A stretch of DNA of 64,000 nt from a bacterium (lineage in GTDB: Bacteria > Zhuqueibacterota > Zhuqueibacteria > Residuimicrobiales > Krinioviventaceae): positions 128,001-192,000 of the forward strand of contig CAXXFV010000004.1 of NCBI GenBank assembly GCA_963674595.2, read 5' to 3'. Within the stretch, counting starts at the first letter, position 1. Every line of letters begins with the position of its first letter. The notes beneath the pieces are model-generated. The model did not search any database and was not told the origin of the DNA. It saw only the letters and a program-made list of their open reading frames with translations. Shown here piece by piece: positions 58,004 through 64,000 of this stretch. Both the position numbers and the translations under genes were made by a program.

Positions 58004-59866
58004 ATGAAGAAAATGTCAAGAATCATTACTCAACTCACTGTTATCGTTTTTATGTTAACATCGGTAGCATTGGCACAAAAGCAAAAAATCCAAAAGCTGG
58101 ATGACCTGCCCAGACATACCTATACGATTTCCGAAAAACTAGCAGATATTGTTTTAACAGATGAAAAATTTCAATCCTTTGGTGAACAGGTCAAAACGGA
58201 CATTGAAAACATTTTAAACTCCTATGAAATTGAAGACAAAACCACGTTAAAATCACTATACAGGACTCTCTTGCGTTTTGACATTTTAACAGGTGATTAT
58301 GATAAAGCTAAAGAAAAAATCGAACTGATAAAAACACTGGAAGAAAAACCGGCGGACAAATTACTCAGCAGTACATTAACATCCGCCCTGTTACAAGCCA
58401 TGCAGGAAACATCGGATGCCGACGAAATGCGATCCAAATTCGAAACATATTACAAAAACATCCTTAAAGATATGCCCTGGGACGTTGTTCAGGATGATGT
58501 TGAAGGTCAAAAAGGACAATTGGAAATTATCAGCCAAAATCTTATTCTAGGCCTCATTCAAAGTCAAATCGAACCGGCATTTGAAAAAACCGGCAACATC
58601 AGCCGTGATATTGCCCAACAGCTTGTAAGCTTTCATTATTGGATTAAAGTGTTGCTACCAGTTAAAGAAAATGCAATTGCCGTACTGCAGGATTATATTG
58701 ACACACATAAAGTAGAAAAACCGGATATTTGGAGCGATAGAAACGTGGAACTTGATCCGGCAGCAGGATTAAATCCCGTAATCGTTGGCATTTGGGACAG
58801 CGGTGTTGATACGGATATTTATAAAGGCCAGCTATTTGTTAATACCAAAGAAAAAATTGACAATGTTGATAATGATAACAATGGTTTTATTGATGACGTC
58901 AACGGTATAGCCTATAATATCGATATTGATCCGACAACGGAACTCTTGTACCCGTTACCCCCGGAAGCAAAAAACAAAATATCAGAAATGAAAGACCAGA
59001 TCAAGGGTTTGCAGGATTTACAGGCGGCCATCGACAGTCCCGAAGCCATTGCCCTGAAAAAGAAACTATCCGAATTGAAACCGGAAGAGGTCAAACCTTT
59101 TATTGAAGAACTGGGATTATTTGCGATTTACAGTCACGGAACACACGTTGCCGGTATTTCTGTTGAAGGGAATCCCTATGCGAAAATCCTGGTATCGCGT
59201 ATTACCTTTGATCACAGAATGATACCCATTCCACCGACAGTTGAACGAGCCAAAAAAGATGTCGTATCATTCCAAAAAAGTGTGGACTATTTTAAAGAAC
59301 ATAACGTTCGGGTGGTTAATATGAGCTGGGGTGGTTCATTAAAAGAAGTGGAAGGCCAGCTTGAGGCCAACGGCATTGGAAAAGATGCGGAAGAACGCGG
59401 CAAAATGGCCCGGGAAATTTTCGACATTGAAAAAGACGGACTTTATAATGCCTTAAAAAGCGCCCCGGAAGTTCTGTTTGTCATTGCCGCAGGCAACTCA
59501 GATAATGATGTAGCGTTCGACGAAGTCATCCCATCCTTTTTTGATTTGCCCAATATTTTAACCGTTGGCGCTGTTGACCAGGCAGGAGAAGAAACCTCCT
59601 TTACGAGTTTCGGCGAAAGTGTGGATGTCCATGCCAACGGATTTGAAGTAAACAGTTATGTGCCCGGCGGAGAAAAAATGAAAATGTCCGGCACTTCTAT
59701 GGCGGCCCCCAATGTAACCAATCTGGCGGCCAAAGTTTTGGCCTGTAATCCGGACCTGACCCCGGCACAAGTTTCAAAAATCATTATAGAAAATGCTGAT
59801 AAATCCGAGGATGGACGGCGGATTTTAATCAATCCGAAAAACACGATTAATAAAGTCAAAAAATAG
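58004..59866 (+). CDS. S8 subtilisin-family serine peptidase with helical N-terminal domain
   Basis: IWDSGVD (Asp), HGTHVAG (His), AAGNS, SGTSMAAP (Ser); DNDNNGFIDD calcium loop; signal peptide VALA/Q. Confidence 0.92.
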   Translation: MKKMSRIITQLTVIVFMLTSVALAQKQKIQKLDDLPRHTYTISEKLADIVLTDEKFQSFGEQVKTDIENILNSYEIEDKTTLKSLYRTLLRFDILTGDYDKAKEKIELIKTLEEKPADKLLSSTLTSALLQAMQETSDADEMRSKFETYYKNILKDMPWDVVQDDVEGQKGQLEIISQNLILGLIQSQIEPAFEKTGNISRDIAQQLVSFHYWIKVLLPVKENAIAVLQDYIDTHKVEKPDIWSDRNVELDPAAGLNPVIVGIWDSGVDTDIYKGQLFVNTKEKIDNVDNDNNGFIDDVNGIAYNIDIDPTTELLYPLPPEAKNKISEMKDQIKGLQDLQAAIDSPEAIALKKKLSELKPEEVKPFIEELGLFAIYSHGTHVAGISVEGNPYAKILVSRITFDHRMIPIPPTVERAKKDVVSFQKSVDYFKEHNVRVVNMSWGGSLKEVEGQLEANGIGKDAEERGKMAREIFDIEKDGLYNALKSAPEVLFVIAAGNSDNDVAFDEVIPSFFDLPNILTVGAVDQAGEETSFTSFGESVDVHANGFEVNSYVPGGEKMKMSGTSMAAPNVTNLAAKVLACNPDLTPAQVSKIIIENADKSEDGRRILINPKNTINKVKK

Positions 59867-59876
59867 GAAATTTCAC

Positions 59877-59908
59877 AGGAGAGTGGATTTTTTTCACTCT
59901 CCTTTTTT
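59877..59908 (+). terminator. Rho-independent terminator
   Basis: AGGAGAGTG-N9-CACTCTCCT followed by a T run. Confidence 0.75.
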
Positions 59909-59972
59909 ACTCAAGCACCTCTCAACCAGTTAATCCGGCTATTCCATTGAAACAACTCAAACATTTAAACAC

Positions 59973-60001
59973 TTGAAAATCTTTATAAAAATTATTACTA
60001 T
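59973..60001 (+). promoter_or_regulatory. Putative sigma70 promoter
   Basis: TTGAAA-N17-TACTAT. Confidence 0.4.
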
Positions 60002-60024
60002 AATTTTTACTTTTGGAGATTTCT

Positions 60025-60978
60025 GTGAAACCTATATTTACCTATAAAAATCCTGTTTATTGCAAAAACATTGATGCCATACGTGACTGCCAGATCCTAA
60101 AACATAAAGATATATATTATCTCACCGGGACCTGCCCCCCATTTTGGCCGGGCCAGGGTGAAAATCCCGGCATAAAGCTTTATTCCTCCTCTGATCTTGT
60201 AAACTGGGAATTTGAAAATTACCTTCTCACCCGCGACCAATTTGATGTTGATAACTGGAGCCGCGACCGGTTCTGGGCACCGGAGATTCATTACATTAAT
60301 AATAAATTTTACTTGATTTATACCTGCTGGAATGAAAAAAACCGGTTTCCGCGGTCATGTGGAATGGCGGTATCAGATTCAATTACCGGTCCATTTAAAA
60401 TTTTATCAACCGATAAACCTCTTGTAGAACGGGGATGGGACTTGACTCTTTTTACAGACGACAAGGATGTTTTCTGTTACTGGACGGACGGATTTCATAT
60501 ATACGGTCAAAAAATTGATCTTGAAAATTACCAACTCATTAAAAGTCCTTTTGTTTGCATTCGTAATGAGAATGCAAAATGGGACAGTATCGGAATAGAA
60601 GGGCCCTGGCTCATTAAAAGAGACGGATTGTATTACATGTTTTACTCGTCCTGGACACGTGGATACGAAATTGGATACGCTACGGCAAACTCACCCAAAG
60701 GCCTCTGGACAAAAGCAGCCAACAATCCGTTTTTTGGCGCACAAAACAAAGATGTATGCAAAATGAATCGTCTGCCGTTTTCCGGTAATCCGAAAAGTCC
60801 GTTTATCGGTATCGGTCACAATGCCGTATTTACCGGGCCCGATAATCGAGACTGGATCGTATGTCATTACCAGGAAAAAGACAAACCGGAATCTTTGGGA
60901 TTTGATCCCATTACAATTTCAAATGGAATGATAATAAGCGACGGTCCCACCTGGACAGAACAACGTATTCAAATTTAA
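60025..60978 (+). CDS. Glycoside hydrolase family 43 (five-bladed beta-propeller)
   Basis: IRDCQI, SSDLVNW, FWAPEI, EGPWL, YYMFYS, GHNAVF. GTG 60025 after GGAG preferred over TTG 60013. Confidence 0.85.
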   Translation: MKPIFTYKNPVYCKNIDAIRDCQILKHKDIYYLTGTCPPFWPGQGENPGIKLYSSSDLVNWEFENYLLTRDQFDVDNWSRDRFWAPEIHYINNKFYLIYTCWNEKNRFPRSCGMAVSDSITGPFKILSTDKPLVERGWDLTLFTDDKDVFCYWTDGFHIYGQKIDLENYQLIKSPFVCIRNENAKWDSIGIEGPWLIKRDGLYYMFYSSWTRGYEIGYATANSPKGLWTKAANNPFFGAQNKDVCKMNRLPFSGNPKSPFIGIGHNAVFTGPDNRDWIVCHYQEKDKPESLGFDPITISNGMIISDGPTWTEQRIQI

Positions 60979-61015
60979 CTATTATAAAATAAAACCTTAA
61001 ATTCGGAGAAAACCG

Positions 61016-62200
61016 ATGAGAAAAACTACTCTTCTCCTTCTGTTACCCCTTCTTTTGTGTTTTTGCTCAAAGAAAAACATACAAACGCCTCAAACCATTA
61101 TCAAACACATAACGGTTTACGGGAATGATAACGACTATTGTGCCTGGCCATCTATTGCCAAAACAGAAAACGGTGACATTCTGGTCGGTTTTTGCAAAAC
61201 CGAAGAGCATTTGGGGCCGGACGGGGCCATTGTTTACATGCGCTCAAAGGACAACGGTGAAACCTGGCAGGGCCCTGAGGTCCTTTTTAACAGTATTATT
61301 GATGACAGGGAAATTGGATTTACCGTTTCAAAAAACCATGCCCTGATTGCCCATATATGGTCCACCCATTTTACACCGGAATATTACGACAAGCTTTCAG
61401 AGAATTCTTATCAATCGCAGATAATAGAGCGCTGGAAAAAGCATGTTCAAACATCAGCCTATAAAAACGCCCAAAACCTGCAGGGTAGAACCATGGCCGT
61501 ATCAACAGATAATGGTATGACCTGGAAAGCAGGAGAACAAAAAGGAGCGGACTCTATTCATGGAGGGATTGAGTTACAAAACGGTACATTTCTGGTTGCC
61601 TCCTATCGTCAGGAAAAAGGCAAAATTGCCCTTTACAGTGCAAAAGATTATAATGCAGATTGGGAAAAAATTGCCGAGGTTGTCTGCCCGTCATCAGATA
61701 CACTGTCATTCGGTGAGCCGCATGTTTTGCAGCTTTCCACCGGACGAATTATTATGATGATTCGAACAACTGAAAAGCAGCCTTATAACGATCAGGGCGC
61801 AGATAATTTTTTATGGGAAACCTATTCAGATGATAACGGTAAAACCTGGATTGATGTATATAAAACATCGATATGGGGCTTTCCGCCTCACTTGCTTCAG
61901 TTAAGTGACGGCAGGGTATTATGTACCTATGGATACCGACGCGCACCATTCGGGCAGCGAGCATGTATAAGTAATGACGGCATTACCTGGAATGTTAAAA
62001 ATGAAATCATTCTCCGTGATGATGCTTATAATGGGGACCTAGGTTATCCGGCCTCTTTGGAAGTGGAGCCAGGTAAAATTCTAACGATCTATTACCAACC
62101 CAGACAGGAAGAAAAAGCCCCTGAAATGCACCCGCCCGATCCAAATCGCGCCAAACCGGATATTCTGGGAACGTTTTGGAACGTACCTGAAAAAATATAA
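61016..62200 (+). CDS. BNR/Asp-box sialidase-like beta-propeller lipoprotein
   Basis: Asp boxes SKDNGETW, STDNGMTW, SDDNGKTW, SNDGITW; DLGYP; N-terminal LLCFC lipobox-like. Confidence 0.8.
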   Translation: MRKTTLLLLLPLLLCFCSKKNIQTPQTIIKHITVYGNDNDYCAWPSIAKTENGDILVGFCKTEEHLGPDGAIVYMRSKDNGETWQGPEVLFNSIIDDREIGFTVSKNHALIAHIWSTHFTPEYYDKLSENSYQSQIIERWKKHVQTSAYKNAQNLQGRTMAVSTDNGMTWKAGEQKGADSIHGGIELQNGTFLVASYRQEKGKIALYSAKDYNADWEKIAEVVCPSSDTLSFGEPHVLQLSTGRIIMMIRTTEKQPYNDQGADNFLWETYSDDNGKTWIDVYKTSIWGFPPHLLQLSDGRVLCTYGYRRAPFGQRACISNDGITWNVKNEIILRDDAYNGDLGYPASLEVEPGKILTIYYQPRQEEKAPEMHPPDPNRAKPDILGTFWNVPEKI

Positions 62201-62204
62201 AGAG

Positions 62205-62237
62205 AAAAGGCGATCAGATAAAATGATCGCCTTTTTT
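62205..62237. terminator. Bidirectional terminator
   Basis: AAAAGGCGATCA-gataaaa-TGATCGCCTTTTTT between convergent genes. Confidence 0.85.
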
Positions 62238-62279
62238 AATAACAAATTTATCTTATAACCGGAAATTCAAAGTTATAAA

Positions 62280-63101
62280 TTAAGCAAACATAACCAAACT
62301 GACCGCCATAATTATCATCCCCGCGATTAATCCAAAGATCGCAATATGGTGTTCACCATATTCTTCAGCAGTCGGCAACAATTCATCAAGTGAAATATAA
62401 ACCATAATACCGGCAACACTGGCAAAAACCAAACCAAATGTCGCATCATTAAAAAAACTTTTTAATATAAAATACCCAACCAAAGCACCGACCGGCTCTG
62501 CAAATCCAGAAAGAAAAGAATAATTAAAAGCCTTCTTTTTACTTTTAGTAGCATAATAAATGGGTACTGAAACAGCAATTCCTTCAGGGATATTATGGAT
62601 TGCAATAGCAGCGGCTATACTGACTCCCATTTGGGGATCGTGTAATGCACCCATAAATGTTGCTAAACCTTCAGGAAAATTATGGATACCAATGGCTAAT
62701 GCCGAAAATATCCCCATACGCATTAATTTTCTATCGCTGTCATTATCATTTTCATTGCTTTTAAGGTTTTTCAACTCATGTGGATTTTCAAAAGAAGGAA
62801 CCATTTTATCTATAAGCGCAATGATACCGATCCCAATAAAAAAGGAAATAACCGTTGCCCAATATCCTGGTTTTTCTCCGAAAACAACCATTAATGAATC
62901 TTTTGCTTTAACAAATATTTCGACCAATGAAACATAAATCATAACGCCAGCGGAAAAGCCTAAAGAACCGGCAAGAAATTTAGGATTAAACTTTTTAGAG
63001 AAAAAGGCCATAATACTGCCAATTCCTGTTGATAATCCTGCGAAAAGGGCTAATCCAAATGCAAATAAAATATTTCCATGTTCCAAAATTTGCTCCTCCA
63101 C
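62280..63101 (-). CDS. zupT: ZIP-family zinc transporter
   Basis: AGLSTGIG, GFSAGVMIYVS, ENPHE, HNFPEG, HNIPEG, AEPVGA, DELLP. Confidence 0.95.
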   Translation of the reverse strand: MEEQILEHGNILFAFGLALFAGLSTGIGSIMAFFSKKFNPKFLAGSLGFSAGVMIYVSLVEIFVKAKDSLMVVFGEKPGYWATVISFFIGIGIIALIDKMVPSFENPHELKNLKSNENDNDSDRKLMRMGIFSALAIGIHNFPEGLATFMGALHDPQMGVSIAAAIAIHNIPEGIAVSVPIYYATKSKKKAFNYSFLSGFAEPVGALVGYFILKSFFNDATFGLVFASVAGIMVYISLDELLPTAEEYGEHHIAIFGLIAGMIIMAVSLVMFA

Positions 63102-63856
63102 TAATTGTTATCCAAACCAAAACGAAAAGAAAAACCAGCACCAATAATCAAATCGGCACTGTAATTGTTTAATCCTTTGCCTAAATATAAATCTAATTGT
63201 GCAACTGGTGTTAGCAAGTATGTGACACCACCATCAAAAACTGGTTGCCACGGTTCACTGTCAGGAACCTCTGCCAGTAATTCTATAAAAGTGCCCAATT
63301 TATCATTTATTTCGATTCCCAAAGCGACTGATGCCAAAGACATTATTTCTCTATCAGAACCGCCATCCGCCAAAATAGCCCCTAAATTTGCGCCCAATCC
63401 CATCCTATCATTCAAATTATAACTGCAGGCAAACTTGACACCTACTTGGGTAGCGTCAACAGAAACCTGTTCATCACCGGTCGGAAGTGTGGATACAAGC
63501 ATTAATGCCATAGGTACTTTTGCACTTGATGATGTGATTTGATATTTGGTTTCCAAAATTATATCATTTAAAAAAGTATTAGAGTTGCTACCGATTCTTT
63601 CATTCAGCCAACCAGAAAATCCCAAACGGACTTCGAGGTTATATCCAATACCAATACGGGCCAAAATGCTTGGGTATGAAAAAGTTGATACTGAATTAAA
63701 ATCTTCAAACTCAACACCACCTTCAAGTTGTATTATTTTCGGTGAAACGACAAACGCACTCTCTGTGAAATCAGGTCGATCTGTAACTAAATCCTGAGCG
63801 CTAGATATTGATAATATACCAAAAATTAAAAATATAATTAAAAAAAATTTATTCAT
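63101..63856 (-). CDS. Outer-membrane beta-barrel transporter (MetA-pathway phenol degradation/CopB-like family)
   Basis: TDRPDFTES plug motif, IQLEGG, TLPTG, terminal GAGFSFRF. ATG 63856 (MNKFFLII, signal peptide SSA/Q) preferred over 63892; its stop overlaps the zupT GTG. Confidence 0.75.
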   Translation of the reverse strand: MNKFFLIIFLIFGILSISSAQDLVTDRPDFTESAFVVSPKIIQLEGGVEFEDFNSVSTFSYPSILARIGIGYNLEVRLGFSGWLNERIGSNSNTFLNDIILETKYQITSSSAKVPMALMLVSTLPTGDEQVSVDATQVGVKFACSYNLNDRMGLGANLGAILADGGSDREIMSLASVALGIEINDKLGTFIELLAEVPDSEPWQPVFDGGVTYLLTPVAQLDLYLGKGLNNYSADLIIGAGFSFRFGLDNN

Positions 63857-64000
63857 AATATTTCCTTTCCATCTGATTATTACGACATGCAAAATAAATA
63901 AATTATTCTATTACATGACTCAATAATAATTTAATGGAATAACAACAGAACAATGATATAAATTATTTCTTAATCTATATATTTTTTTAATCCGCCCTAT

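Noticed and set aside
2195-63797. Numerous 60-190 aa antisense or alternate-frame ORFs inside long genes (for example 24065-24634, 20911-21447, 37224-37772)
   Set aside because: Fully overlap well-supported genes and show no recognisable motifs.
1-64000. tRNA, rRNA, CRISPR arrays, prophage, defence or retron/DGR systems
   Set aside because: No cloverleaf, rRNA-like tract, repeat-spacer array, phage structural gene, reverse transcriptase or nuclease-defence gene was recognised by eye.

Overview
AT-rich bacterial chromosomal window with about 45 protein genes and no rRNA, tRNA or CRISPR array. The gene content (SprA translocon, C25 gingipain/PorU-like protein next to a PorV-like barrel, three NYPNPF/FlgD-Ig type IX secretion cargo domains, glutaminyl cyclase-like M28) points to an FCB-group organism such as KSB1 or Calditrichota; this is inferred from gene content, not shown. 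Housekeeping blocks are dapA-murD-lysC-murA-murB, rluD, malic enzyme, yiaK, prmA, lptFG, cutA, tonB-exbB-exbD, a carbohydrate-utilisation cluster and zupT. One intact IS481-family element (26772-27741) has 7-bp target duplications. Four genes are split by single-base homopolymer deletions, most likely assembly errors. The best candidates for undescribed biology are: (1) a sigma54-driven envelope operon (Omp85-type barrel with a bactofilin-like N-domain, LiaF-like protein, four-repeat protein) followed by an unannotated, separately sigma54-promoted ~170-nt structured RNA with C-rich anti-Shine-Dalgarno-like segments, both promoters sharing an upstream TGT-N8-ACA site; (2) a TonB-like membrane-anchored protein whose C-terminus resembles a BlaI/CopY winged helix, close to tonB-exbBD. 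All family assignments come from motif recognition by eye; no searches were run.
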